A stretch of DNA of 64,000 bases from Gnetum montanum (GCA_015680685.1 MNCI01001087.1:267575-331574), one strand, 5' to 3'. Shown: positions 22,901 to 37,100, counted from the first letter of the stretch. The notes: a model not told the origin generated them from the sequence alone. A program made the numbers and translations.

Positions 22901-24897
22901 GTCAGTGCACATAATACCTATGAGAAGGGATGAACTTGCTCACTATTTCGGATCTCCTCCTTCCAACTCAATCATGAGAGAGATGGCCACCTCTACTAAT
23001 CAATTGAGGCCCTTAGTTCCTTTTTTTAAGTTTTTTTTTACACATTTATGTTTTACAAATTTCTTTAACTTTTCTTTTATTTTATTTTTTTGCAACATCG
23101 TTATACTTTTTCATTTTCTTTATGTGATTATTTGTTTTGCTTTCTTTTCTTTTTGTCTTTGTTTGTTTTGTTAGGTTCATCACCTAATAAGTGCTCCTGA
23201 TGGTGGTATGAACTGTATTCTATTGATTGTTAATGTTGGGTTTTTACCTTTGAGTTATAATGTTGATACTAAGGTATGGTTCTTTTAATATAACAGGCAA
23301 TGAGTCCACGTCATCCATGCATTTATGAATTTCTATAGTCTCTCTTGGCTTGGAACTATACAGTCCCTTTCTTAGTAATAAAACTATTAACGAATTGGTG
23401 ATTGGGCACTTCTCAAACTAAGTAAGGACTCAAGGATTGAAAAGGGTATGATTTCAAGGGGATTTGATGCATTTGTGCTGGCCATTCTCTTGGGTGCTTG
23501 GATGTTTTTTTCTTGAGTTTTCCTTACCATTCTGACATTACTCCAGTATTGGGAAGCTGAGCTAATAAAAATAAGTCTTTTCATGGTGTGGTTCTCATGC
23601 AAAAAAAAAATAGTATGAATTCAAAGCACACCCCTTAGACAAGATAATCATCTGAGCTACAAGCACTCGTTATGGAACCAAACAAACATGTTCCCTCTAA
23701 CTAAGGCCCTTTCTCGCTTCCTACTTGTCCCTTTCTCATTTCCTCGAAATGGTGGTGACTCTTTGGCGAAAGCATTCTTTTTACTTCAAGTGGATGGATT
23801 GGCCAAGTATATTAATGCAAAGTCACTGGATGTGGATTGTTTGAGGCTGGACTTGGAATGAGATCTACTCAGTCACATTAACCATAAATACACAAGGGAC
23901 TATACAGCACCTTGTTCTTGGGACTCCATTCCATTCTCTTCTTCCCATCATTCTTTCTCCATTCTCCACCTCATTGTTAGTTGTATCAGTAGTATTTTTT
24001 TTGGTTGATACATTATTTTCTCTTTGGTGAATTCTTAGGGTTAAGTCATTAACTTTTGCTCCCAAATGACATTTCCAGAGCCTACAAACTCTTTGAATGT
24101 GGGTTTGTCAGGGCATAAAAGGCATGAGCCTACTTTGGGAAGGACCCACTGGCATTCCTATTTGATGCATCAGTTAACTTCTTTACCTTAAACATTTCCA
24201 CAATCAACATTTGTTTTGCTCATTTCCACCTCTAACATCCATTTTATCAGCCTTGCCGTTGTTTCTTTTTCTCCATCTTTCTTGTTCCTTATCTTTTTCC
24301 ATTCTATCACTACTAGTGAATTGCTCTTAGTCATGGGGGCCCTAGTCTAATTTTTTTAATTTTTCCTAACCCCTATACCTTGGGTAGTCACCAACATTAT
24401 ACCTCTAAAATCCTTATAGGCCATATCACAACTCAGCCAATGGACCTTACACCGAAGCAAGGTATCAATTGTATTGTGATTTACTTATCCTTGCTCATAT
24501 GTGACTGTGTTGTATGTGCAGATGGCAATCATACAGTAATGGACTGGATCTAGAGGAAACACTCAGGATGGACTGGTGCTAGAAAAGTAGTGTAAGGAAC
24601 AAGATTTATGGTGCACTCATGGATGAACAATGGAAGGCACAATCTTGGTGTCAGTAGCAACATGTCTTCTCCTTTTCTCTCTCTCTCTTCTCTCTTAGCT
24701 ACCAAATAAGGTCGAATGTCAAATGTGTACAGTATTCACTCTTGTGGTCATGAACACTAATGTTGCCATGTATTGTAATGTTGATCCATTCACATGTCAC
24801 CCCATTCACCATTAGTGTCATTCAAGTCAATAATCCCATACCTTCCCAATATTTTGTAAGGAACTTGAGGACGCATTTTCATTCAGTCATGGGGGTA

Positions 24898-25685
24898 TGA
24901 TGAGTCGCGATATTGCGTACGTGATATCGCATCTACCACACGATATCGCGCCCTGCCTCATCTTCTATAGATAATAGGTGGCACCCTTTGTTCCTAATAG
25001 TTATACTTAGACCCTTAGCCAAATTCTTGCAATTTAGTCATTCCATAGTTAGAATAATTTCTGTGTGCCCGCAGTAGGAGTCATAAAGTGAACGGATCTT
25101 TATTCAAGCAATTTGTACCTAAGCATAGAATTATGTACGATAATAAAGATGAACTTTATGATAGACCTTGCAACATACAGATTAAGCTAATTAGTAATTA
25201 ATTATTTTTGAATGTTTAATGTTTTCCTAGTTAATTAATTTCTCTCTCAACCTTTGACCCTCCTAGTTAAGTACACTCAGTACGACTACTTCGAGCATGC
25301 GTGTAGCACTTGGTAACCCAGTAACGATTAGCATTTGGTAATCCCAGTAGCATTGCACTGGTTCAAGATGTGTATGGAAAGTGGGAACGGATACTGGTGT
25401 TAGGAACAATTAGAAACTAGTTAATATAAGTTATTTACTTTGTTTTCTCTCCCTCTCCTTATTAGCAAAAGACATCAAAAAGGTAAAAGCTATAAAAATC
25501 ATATACCTCAAGCTTACTTAACCATACAATCGTGACAATACAAGTAAGTTTGAGAAGACAACGATTGATTAACCCTGAGTGTTCCATTAAGGCACATGAG
25601 CACTTAGTCCTTGGAGTTTGATCGGATCGCATGTGAAACACTCGTATTCATATGGTTGAGTGTAGGGGTACCTTGCCACTCATCA
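24898..25685 (+). repeat. 3' LTR of element B (788 bp)
   Basis: TGATGAG...CTCATCA inverted termini, preceded by a PPT. Homologous to LTRs at 27810, 34075 and 51400 (opposite strand) and 63659. Confidence 0.92.
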
Positions 25686-27715
25686 GTCCCATATGTCCTC
25701 CACACACAATCTCATGAACTTGCTCAAGGACTATTCTAGCTTCGGTTCTAACAAAGCATACTAACAACATGCCATCATAGGATCATTGACATAATATGTT
25801 ATCATCTACAATGACATACTATTTTGATCATTTACATATAGTATCCTTTTGAATAATAGTTATGGCTTGTGAAGATTCTCCATGCATAAGGTAGAACTTG
25901 ATATCATCGTACCACTCCTTTATAGGAGTAATATAAACTATGGCCACAAAGTTATCCTTAGCATTCTATGTGATGGGTATAGCACAGTCCATGGTTAAGG
26001 TGGAAAACTTACTAAACACATTTGGTGTTACACTGAGGGCTAGCATCGTGATGGCATTAACTATAGCATTTTTGTTTCAAGATATATGTTGGATATCAAC
26101 ATTTATAAATTATTGTAATAATTGCTTCCCTAAGTCACAATAAGACTGTAAATGTTTAATTTTGCATCCGTAAAGCTTGGTTGCTTAGTTGACCATGGGT
26201 TGTGAATTGTCCTTGATCATTAAATGCTTAATTCCTAGGTCACAAGATACCTTCATCCCCTTAATCAAATCCTCATACTCTATTATGTAGTTGGTGCATG
26301 GGAACTCAAAACAATAACCAAAGGGTTGGATTTGACTAGACACAAAGGTTATAATGGTAGTAGCACCACCATCATGGGTAATTGATGCTTTGTCAAAGTG
26401 CATGACTACCTCATAATCCTAAAGTATTTGGATAATAGTGTTGACATGTTCATTAAGAAACTTAGGGTCTATGTCTGCATGGTCATCAATAAGCAAAATA
26501 GTAAGTTGTTTGGTTATAGCTTGACCTTTCATTGAGAACTGAGAAATGTAATGAAGGTCAAACTCTACTATTATGGCTTTCCCTTGGGCTCTATGACTAC
26601 TCTCATAAATATTAGTCATTATGACTCTAAGTATGTTGTCTTTGTAAATGACATTGACTTGGCTCCAAAAGAGGTAACATCTCCATTTCTTCAATGAAAA
26701 GGCTGGTGCTAGATAGCACTTCTCGACTTTAATGTATTAGGTTTCATGGGCAAATAGGACATGGCTAACGTAGAATACTAGCATTTATATGGTCCATCAT
26801 TACATTTTTGACAAAGGAAAGAGATAACTAATGTGTCAAAGATAGCAAGGTAGATGTAAAAAGGCTTACCCTCTTATGGAGCATAGACTGTTGATAGTTG
26901 TACCAACTCTTGCTTAAGGTTTTCAAGGACTTCTTGGCATTGAGTTGTCCACCCATAGTAAGCTCCTTTCTTAAGCAAGTGTTGCATGGATTGTAGCTTA
27001 TCCATGAACATAGTAATAAACCTACAGATAAATTATAATCTACCTTGCAATCCCCAAAGCTTCTGAAGGTTAGTTAGCATTGTCAAGTTCGAGATGACCT
27101 TAACTTTATTAGGATTAACACATATCCCTACTTCCAATACTGCAAAGCCAAGCACCTTACTAGTTTTGACATCAAAGACATACTTCTTAGGATTAAGTAT
27201 AAGTTTGAACTTAAGGCATTGTTTAAGCACAAGGTCTAGGTCAATAGCATGGTCACCCATCACTTTAGAGTTAATAACTATATTGCCTACATAATCATTG
27301 AGCAAACCAAACATGTAATCACTAAATATATACATCATGGCTCTTTGGTAGGTTACTCTACATTCTTTAGGCCAAATGGCATCATGGTATAGCAAAAGGT
27401 ACCCTAAGGGGTCATGAAAGTCATGCTAAGTTAGTGTTCTAGGTTGATCCTCATCTGGTTGTATTTCAAAAACCCATCCATAAAGGACAATAAGGCATGT
27501 CTAACCGTAGTATCAATAAATTCATAAATAATAGGCAAAGAAATGTTATCCTTGATGGTTGCCTTATTTACATCTTGGAAATCAATGCAAATTTAAATAC
27601 TCCCATTCTTCTTGGAGACTATCACTATGTTGGATACCCACTTCACGTAGTCATCAACTCTAATGAAACTAGATTGGTAGAGGTTGGTAATTTCATCACG
27701 AACTTTCAAGGCTAA
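25686..27715 (-). pseudogene. RT, RH, aRH and start of INT zinc finger (Tat type), attributed to element C
   Basis: WVSNIVIVSKKNGS, LSFMDGF, MPFG, LNPKKYVF, HFDKAS...TNYIIEY...DNSQ and EQVHEIVCGGHMG, which is cut by the LTR of B. Confidence 0.88.
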
Positions 27716-27809
27716 GTCTTGCTAGTTCATTCCAACGATATTAAATAATTTTTTACTAAGTTCTAAATAGTGCATGTAATAAACAAATAATCCTCGAAAA
27801 CAGTTCGAA

Positions 27810-28666
27810 TGATGAGCAATGAGGTACCCCTACACCCAAATTTATGAATCACAAGCATTCATGCGCAATCCAGTAAAATTTCGTAGACCTTAAGTTCCCA
27901 TGTATGCTAGTTCTAGGACATAAAATCTAATCATGATAATCATTGTCTTCCCAACTACACTTGTGGAACTTAGTTGTATGGTTAAGTGTAATTGACTCAC
28001 ATGATTTTTATTATCTTATATTTTATTCACCTACAATTAACAACAAGATGAAACTCAATTTATGAGCCACTTTAACTAATATAATTGCTAATTAATAACC
28101 AACTATCCTAACATAAGTATCCAGTCCCACTTTCTGTGAACATCTTGAACATGTATAATGCTACTAGGTTACCAAAAGTTAAGCATTGCGAAAATTACCA
28201 AACATCATGTGCATGCTCGAAGCAATCATACTTATGTGCTTAATTAACTGTTATTTAATCTAGCTAACTTAATTTAGCTTAATAACTTAGAAGCATTAAA
28301 AGAAATTGTACAAAAAATTAAATACCTAAATAAAATATTTAAGTTATCCAAGGTGCTGCAAGGTTTGATCAAAAAGCTCATCTTTATTACCACACACATG
28401 ATCATGCTTAGGTACAACAATGCTCGAATAAAGATCCATAAACTCAATGACTCCTATCGTGGGCACCTTGGAAAATATTCTAACTTTGGTGAAAAGAAAC
28501 TACAAGATCTCTACTATACTATGACAAAATCTATTGCCCAAATAGTGTGCCTAAGTGCTATATTTATAGGCCAGCACACATCCCACAATATCAGATATAC
28601 AACATCTTTTCTTGGGCCTCAATATCAGGTATCCAATATCGAAGCCAGATATAGTACTATTCATCA
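27810..28666 (-). repeat. 3' LTR of element D
   Basis: tgatgag...tcatca, direct repeat of 34075-34944. Confidence 0.9.
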
Positions 28667-30749
28667 TACCCTCACAATTGAATGAAAATTCGTCCTTGAG
28701 TGAACAAAAAAAGAAACAAGTCCCTTACAAAATATTAGAAGGTATGGGATTATTGACTGACATGCAAATTAAGTCAAATAGAACAGAAAATTCCCAAGTG
28801 CCCAACTATACAAATTTACAATGTTTTTACAAAATTGGGTGTTCGTGACAATAGAATTGAACACCCTTGACAAAACTAACATCCAAATCTTCTTGCAACT
28901 GAAGAGCAAGGGAGAAGATTCAATGATCATGAAGGTCCTCATCGCATGGTGCTATTGCTTATCCTTTGTTGAAGATAGTCCACACTTCACATTACAATCA
29001 CAACAAAATTATGGATTAGTGTATAATGTGTAACTTATAGCTATAATGTACCTTGTCTCGTCAATAGTTACACTTGGCTAGGTTGTGATTATGGTGGATT
29101 GATTCTTTTAATAGTGTTAGTAGAAAGACTAAAAAATAGGGTGAAATGGATAAGCAATCCATTATTAAATTCTAAAAATACCAAATGTGATGAAATGTTT
29201 GAAGAGGATTAAAGAATTTACAAAAATAAAAAGAGGATTTCACTGAAAAACATTGTGAAGATGCGCACAATTGGTTATCATTAATGGGGCACACAAAAGG
29301 ATTTGATTATGAGAATGTCTAAGGATAAAGGACATAACTAACCCAATTAAAAGATATGCAAGTGGGTCCTCCCCAAAGTAGACACATGTCCCTTATTGCC
29401 CTTGCATATCCTCAAACTAAAGAGTCCATGATCCCCATGATTGATCAATGGTTAAAGAAAGTTAAGTACAAAAACCTAAAAGAAACTACTTAATAATTTT
29501 GACATATCAAACCAAGACATCAAACAAGAACATGAATACCAGCAAGAGGTGAGGCATGGAAAGCATAGATGGATGGGAAAGTGTGTGGAATGGAGTTCCC
29601 AGTTAAGGTTACAAGAAGTCCCCTATGAATTTTATGATTAAATGACCTAATAAAATCCATCCTTAGTCTAGACCAAAACCAACCACATTTAGTGACTTCA
29701 CATCGTCACTCAAAGACTAGTCCACCTACTTGAGACATAAGAGTGCCCCCACAGAACGACCACCGTTCCTTATTTAATAAGAAAAGAGAAGCAGGAAGTG
29801 AGAAAGGGCCTTAGTTAGAGGAGAACTTCAAGCATGGATAACATGTCTTTCTAGTCCATTAACCAGTGCTTGTAGCCCATTTATTTTTTCTAAGGGATGT
29901 GCTTTGAATTCCCATCATTTTTTTAGTTTATTTATTTATTTATTTTGAAACAGTAACCACACCATGCAAAGACTTATTCAACTTCCTATTATTGGTCGAC
30001 ACTGAATGGTAAGAAATCCATGAAAACACACATGCACCTAAGTAAGCAAAAAGGCACAAAGAATACTGAGTCCCCTTGAAGTCACACCCTATTCAACCTT
30101 TGAATCCTTTCCAAGTTTGGAAATTACAAAGGTTACAACTTCATTAAAGGTTTATTAATGAAAAAGGAACCTCATATTTCTAGAGCAAGAAATACCATAG
30201 AGTTTGTAGATGGATGGATATTGTGGACTTACTGCCTATTTCATAAAAAAGAAACCATGTCTAAGTTATCAATAACAAAATTCAAAGCTAGAATCTAGAC
30301 ACCAATAATCAAATAACTAGATAGCACATGCCACCATCAAATAAACCACATTGTACCCATTTGGCAATAAGGCACATTATTATTAAAACATAATAAGAAA
30401 ATCACACCCAAAATAAAGAAAAATATACAAGAATTTTTAAAACATTTAAGAAAAATAAAACATACCAATGATGTTGTAAAACAAAAACTTGGAAAAAATT
30501 AATCACATAAAAACAAAAAGGTGTAAGATAAAGATGGCATAAAACAAAAAGTTGTAAAAATAATAAGGTGTAAAACAAAAATGTTTAAAATAAAAAGATG
30601 AAAAGCTAAGGAGTTACTTATATAATTAGCATGGATGGCCATCTCCCCCACGACTAGGTTGAAAGGAGGAGATCAAAAAGATTGAGCATGGTTGTCCATC
30701 CGATAAGGCATTTGTTCTATTGGCTTACTTAGGCTAGTGGAAATGTTTG

Positions 30750-31880
30750 ATTGGTTGCATGTTACCCAATTATTTCTTATTCAAGCTCTCAAGTTTGTAG
30801 ATCAACATGGCCCTAGAAGAAAAATTTTCGTAAATGATATAAGGTCCTTTCCACAATGTCTAGAACTTAGTTCATTGAGGTACATGTGTGGGGTTCCAGT
30901 AGAGGACCTTATCTCTCAATTGAAATTTAACTTTCTTAATTCTAAGGTCATGGCACTTTTTGTCAAATGCCTTCTTTAACTTGTTCAATGACAGGGCCAC
31001 AAATCGATTTTCATCTAGTAGCTTGAGATTTATTAATCTTTCTTTTTGTGGTAGACTAAAGTCAAGGTCAAGGTCATAGGCTATTGAAAGTGTATGAAAC
31101 TCGGATTGAATAGGAAGTATTGGTAATTTTCTATACACCATCTCATAGGAAGAATCGCCTATAGAGAGTTTCCATATTGAGTGGTAAAACCAAAGGGCAT
31201 CATTAAGTTTTTTGCTCTAATCTCTCCTATATTTGCTAACAATTCTCATCAGGATCTTTGTGATTTCCCTATTTGTAACCTCAACTTGACCATTGGTTTG
31301 GGGATGATAAGGTGTTGTTAATTTATGCTTGACCCCCAAGTGTTGCATGAGATTTTGGAAAGTAGTGTCTATAAAGTGGGTTCCATTATTAGAAATTAAT
31401 GCACATAGCACACCAAACCTATTTACAACATTCTATTATACAAACTAAGCAGCAATAGAGGATGTACAGTTGGTGATAGCTAGTTCTTCTACCCATTTTG
31501 TACAATATTCGACAACGACTATGATGTACGACTTTCCATTTAACATGGGTGTGATGGGATCCATGAAGCCAATGCCATAGATGTTGAAGAGTTCTAGTGG
31601 TTGAATCCACTACTGAGGTTCGATCATTCATGCAATCGTTCCACCATCTCATTGGTAGCGTTTAATAGAGTGGACAAATTGTTGAGAATCCTTGAAAAGT
31701 ATTAGTTGATAATATCCTACCATCTAGATTTTAATGGTTGTGCATCTCCCAACATAGTGGCCCCCACAAGGATCCTCATGAGCATCCTAAAAAACACATA
31801 GTTGATTAGCATTAGAAACACACCAACTAACTAGGCCATCAGTGCACACCTTGTAGAGGTGCTCGTTAATCTCCACGACT
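30750..31880 (-). pseudogene. Integrase of element D
   Basis: HEDPCGGHY, ISNNGTHF, TPYHPQTNGQVE and KVLYWNPTHVP; highly similar to INT of B and E. Confidence 0.88.
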
Positions 31881-34074
31881 GTGGTTGCTACCACTATTGA
31901 TACTACTCGTATGGTTGTGATGGAGATTCACTTGGATAATATTTTTGTTGTTAATGAAATTTCCTAGGATTACCTTGAGGATAAGGCAACCTTCTAGCTG
32001 CTTGCCTTTTTACTAGTCGTGGATTTAGAGCATACACCCTAAGCTCTTGTAAGTGTGACACGATGGGGCAACATCCCTTAGGATGTTTATATTAGTAGAT
32101 GTCATACTCACCATCATCATCTAATTTAGTTTCTGCAAATTCCTATATTGTAGAAATCTTGCCCTTACCCCTCTAATTCGCACACTTAGCTTATTTTTTC
32201 CTCCTACGATCATAATCACTACTTTGTTCTTTACACTCTTCAGTAATTTTCAATACAACTTAAAATCTGCTATCCATAGAGTCCCATAATTGATTTACCT
32301 TAGCCAAAATCTCATATGTAAATTTTTAAATCAATAAGGTTTTTTGGTTCACCACCTCATCAAGTGACAATTCTTCCTTATTTTTACAAAACTGAACCTC
32401 CCTCTTGCGAATTGAAGGATTGTAGTTGTATTCTTTTGTACTTTCACATTTTCTCAACTTTCCTTCTTCTTTTGCCAGTAACTCAATTAGTCATTGGATC
32501 TAATGGGCTCTTAATTCTTACAATTACCCTTGGGCATAAACTCCAAGAGTTCTCCTCATTTCTAATTGGATCCCATCTATGATATGATGAACTTGCTCCT
32601 CTTGATAATAACTATAGCTAGGACATCTATGCAATAGAGAATAGTATCAACCCATTGCAACATCCAAGGATTCATGTGTTCCTTGTTTCCATCTTTGGAT
32701 CTACCTCCTCAAGTTGGACACTCGAGAGTACACCTGTATTTGTCCTTAAATATTTCGAGCAAGGTACTCCACCATTTGGTGGATTCTAGTTCTAAAAACT
32801 AGTACTATCTTTCTGCTTCTCTAATGAGTGTTCTGGGAAACAAATTAAGCCTTTTCTAATCATTTTCTATATTTTGCAAGGAATAGGCACCATGAAAAGC
32901 CTAAAGATGGTTCTCTAGATCTAAGTTATATCCCCCTTCAAACCTGGGGATATTGTTCATGTCTAGCCTCTTGATTCATCTATCCTTTATGTGCCTTGTA
33001 GGAATTTCTACCACCTTTGTAATGTTTAGCATGCTTCAAGTAGTGAGAAAAGGCTCATCGAGGTCATGATTCTAGTGCTTACAATGCCCTCTACTACCCC
33101 TTCATTCATGGTGATAGGCCTCTCTTGAATGTCTCACCCTAGACCTAGACTTGCCCAATAGTCCCTATGGTCATCTTAGTCCCATTAGTCACCTCCATTA
33201 AGATCGTGCCCCCTATAATTGTGGTCAAAGCCAAAAGAGAAAAAAGATGATAAAGAAAGTGAAGAGGAAGAAGGACTAGCATCATTATAATGCCTGCCAT
33301 CCCCTATTCAACAATTGCAACCATGATCATGATCACACTACTTATCTGCATCCCTACCATGACTTTGCTTCTTGGATCCCCCCTTGTCATTGGATCTATT
33401 CTTGCTAGAACCAAGATTCTATATCATGGATTGTAGGTTCTAGTTTTGACCTCCTAAATCAAAGTCAAAGAGAGGAGTCTCTCTAAATGGAAAAGCCCTA
33501 AAGAAGGATTCTCCACCATTTTTTTGGTACATCAAGAATGGGAAATCATTGGACTACTTTTCCTTCATAGATTCATAATGCTGCTCTAGTTGTCGATCCC
33601 TTAGACATTGTACATCTATGGGATGATAATCCCTAGTGTCACTATCCCACAAAACATATTTAGCATGAATCCCTTATATACCCAACCACATAAGATTTTG
33701 TTGAAGCATCATAGGAATTGATTGATCAAGTGACAACAAAATTTTTCCCTCCATGTTGCACCATCGTAGTAGTTCATCCTAGTGTAGGACGAAATTGAAA
33801 TTGGATACATACTCATTAGGATGAGCATATACCACTCTGTATTTTTGAAGCACCTGTTGATTTGCTCTATCATATTTGGATGAAGAATCACTACTATAAG
33901 AAGAAGACATCTTGTATTAGAAGACAAGAAATGTAGTGTGCTTTCTTAAAATTGTTGTAGCTATTTTAATGTATGATATGACCTTAGGGTTCCTTCCAAA
34001 GAGCTTGAATAATTTTTTTACTAAGTCCTAAATAGCGCATGTAACATATAAAAGATCTTTAGCAATAGCTACAA

Positions 34075-34944
34075 TGATGAGCACTGAGGTATCCCTACGC
34101 CCAACCATACGAATCACAAGCATTCATGCAAGATCCAGTTGAATTCCATAGACCTTAAATTCCCATGTATACTAGTTCTAGAACATGAAATCTAATCATG
34201 ATGATCATTGTCTTCCCAACTACACTTGTGGTGCTTAATTGTATAGTTAAGTGTAATTCAGGCACATGATTTTTGTTATTTTATATTTTATTCCCCTACA
34301 ATTAACAACAAGTTGAAACTCGATTTATGAATTAATTTAAATAATCTAATTTCTAATTAATAACCAACTATTCTAACATAAGTATCCGGTCCCACTTTCC
34401 ATGGACATCTTGAACACATATAACACTACTGGGTTACCAGACATTAAGCATTGCTAGGATTACCAAGCATCATGCACATGCTCAAAGTGATCGTACTTAT
34501 GTGACTAATTAATTGCTATTTAATCTAGCTAGCTTAATTTAGCTTTATTACTTAGAAGCATTAAAAGAAATTCAACCAAAAATTAAATGCATAAAATAAA
34601 ATATTTAAACTAGCCAAGGTGCTACAATGTTTGATCGGAAAGCTCATCTTTATTACTACACACACTACCATGCTTAGGTACAACATTGCTCAAATAAAGA
34701 TCCGTACACTCACACTTAATGACTCCTATTGCAGGTACTCTGGAAAATATTCTAACTCTAGAGAAAAGAAACTACAAGAGCTCTACTATGCTATGACAAA
34801 ATCTATTACCCAAACTATGTTCCCAAGCACTATATTTATAGGCAAGCACACATCCCATGATATTAGATATCCAACATCACTTTCAATATTAGGACTCCAA
34901 TATTGGGTATCTGATATCAAAGCTAAACAAAGTACTGTTCCTCA
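34075..34944 (-). repeat. 5' LTR of element D
   Basis: Direct repeat of 27810-28666. A degenerate PBS-like sequence (TTGTAGCTATTGCTAAAGA, cf. Athila tRNA-Asp TGGCGCCGTTGCCGGGGA) is adjacent on the minus strand. Confidence 0.88.
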
Positions 34945-37100
34945 ATTTTCATGCCTATTTGGATCTTGGATTTTCCAACACCCTAGGACTATGCTAGGCA
35001 TGTAGTTCCCAGTGTAGTCAAGGTTTCTAGATAGGAAAAAGTTGAAAAGGAATGAATCTTGGCTTATTTCCCAAGGTTCCAAAGTCTAGGCATTCTTTAG
35101 CAGGGTTCTGGATCTTTCTAGGAGTTGATTTGATAGTTCTAGAGCTATTTTGGCCATCCTTAGATGGACTACACTAAGCTTGGGTAGGGACTATGCTAGC
35201 CTGGCATAGTCCTAATCTCCTATCAGTGTAGTGAGTTTGGAAAGATTTGAACAATTAATTTTTACTACCAAAATTGACTCTAATGGGCCCTAGGACACCT
35301 AAAACTAAACTTTGGATTACTTTCATCAATTTTTAGATAAGTCTGGGGGGACTACCCTAGGCTTGGGTAGGTAGGCTTGGCTTCCATCAATGTAGTCAAG
35401 ATTGTAGGTTTGAAAATTATGGAAAAAATATAGGTTTTATGTCAAACAAGTTTAAATGGGGTTTTAACGTATCTAGAGATTTATTTACATTATTTTTTGA
35501 TGGCTTTTGTTAATTATGAGTGGACTATGTTGGGCTCAAGTAGGGACTACATTGTTCCAATGTAGTCCCAACTTTCGTCTAGTGTAGTTGGTGTCTAGCC
35601 ATGGCAAATGGAAAAAAGTGGCAAGGAGTGTCTTAGCTATCAATTCTAAGGTGCTCTAGGGTTCTCAGGACACAAGTTAAACTAGAAGATGGATTTTCCA
35701 AGGCATTCTAAGTGGACTACGCTGGCAACCATCAGTGCCTCCAAGCCACTGTAGTTACTCTTGGAAAATTGCATATGATTTGAAAAATGATGAATTCTTG
35801 CTTCCATGTTTGATCTATCAAGGTTCTAAGGTCTCTAGAGGTGGATTTGGATTTATGGTTTTTGAGTGGGCTACACTATGCATCTACTAGGACTACATTG
35901 TTCCAGCATAGTCCTCTTAGTCCTCAATGTAGTCCCATGCATGAACTTAGATTTGTGGGTTTTCTTTGGGTTTTCAATCAATTGACCCGTAATTTGAGAT
36001 TACTAGGAGTTCTAGATGGGTGTGAAGGCTCTGAGATGCAGTATTGGAGGTGTATGGTTGTTTGCGTTGTTTATTTGACCCTTAAACCCTAGGGCTATGC
36101 TAGCCCAGCATAGTCCTTGGGTTTCCCTAGTGTAGTCATGGGGAAGAGGAAAAAAGTGACACCATTCACTACATTTGATCATATCTCAAGCTTGATGGAA
36201 GCTAATACTTGGGTTTGGATGGATGGTATGTTGATTCAGACTCAATTGGAGGCTAGATGGAATGCATGGCTAGCTTGGGGCTTGAAGGAAGCAAGATGTC
36301 TTACTGGACTATGCTAGGCACCCACTGGGACTAAGCTAGCCCAACATAGTCCTTGGGTTTCCCAATGTAGTGATGGGATATGTTGGATTTTTGACACAAT
36401 GGAATGAATTTTACCAACTTTTAGTGTTGTTGAAAGCTTTGGCTAGACTTTTGTGAAGTATTATAGTCGATTTAGAGGTAACTAGAGGCTAGATGGACTA
36501 GAAGAAGTCCATTCCATCTTGGACTATTCTAGGCATCAACTAGAACTACGCTAGCCCAATATAGTCCTTAACTTTCCTTAGTGTAGTCATCAATATTTTG
36601 TCAAAATCTAATACATTTAACCACATTCTAAGGTTGTAGGACACTTAAACTAAGTTTTATAGAGGTAATATATAAGTGCTAGTTATCTCAAGGTTTCCAT
36701 GAATGCTAGTATCAGCATAGTCTAGTATGGAACTCCAAAAAGCTCAACATAGTCATGTCAAAATCTAGCATTTTAGTAGCATCTAGTAAGGCCCACTCAA
36801 AATTAGCAAGTTTTTTATGCCAAAATCTCCACATAACTCAATGTAGTCCTTAGTTTCTAATTTCATCTCCAAACAAAGTGAAGTTGCAAAAGGAAACCAA
36901 CGTTTCAATTTAGATGCCTAGGTTTAAGTGGGTTTTACTTGTAAACACTTGGGGAAGATCATTATTATTTTATACTTCTTGCTACTATGCACAAGTAAAG
37001 AGTTTTGCTATTATCACCACTATCTACTACCTAGCTTCAATGTAGTTCTAGCTACTTGTGGTACTAGTGTCAGCATAGTCACTAGTACTACCAAGAATCA
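34945..37100. repeat. Dispersed array of GACTACGCT(G/A)/CAGCGTAGTC motif variants upstream of the cargo gene of C
   Basis: More than 20 copies on both strands, mostly CpG-decayed (gactatgct, agcatagtc, agtgtagtc). The same motif occurs in the LTR of C at ~47400-47800. Confidence 0.85.

Larger units (their letters stand above)
19618..25685 (+). mobile_element. Element B (3' half): Athila-like Ty3/Gypsy retrotransposon, interrupted in its protease by A
   Basis: PR C-terminus (FPIIMGRAWL) resumes exactly after the LTR of A. RT, RH and INT follow without aRH, then ~2 kb 3' UTR, PPT (catgggggta) and 3' LTR. Confidence 0.92.
27810..34944 (-). mobile_element. Element D: Athila-like, internally deleted (gag remnant joined to INT; PR-RT-RH missing)
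   Basis: Paired LTRs 27810-28666 and 34075-34944, PPT at 28667-28680, INT at ~30750-31880 (TPYHPQTNGQVEVTNREI), decayed gag-like region ~31900-33400. Confidence 0.85.

Noticed and set aside
23190-23215. ctgatg...gaa as a hammerhead ribozyme core (also near 56750)
   Set aside because: The CUGAUGA/GAAA core is incomplete and I could not see the flanking helices.
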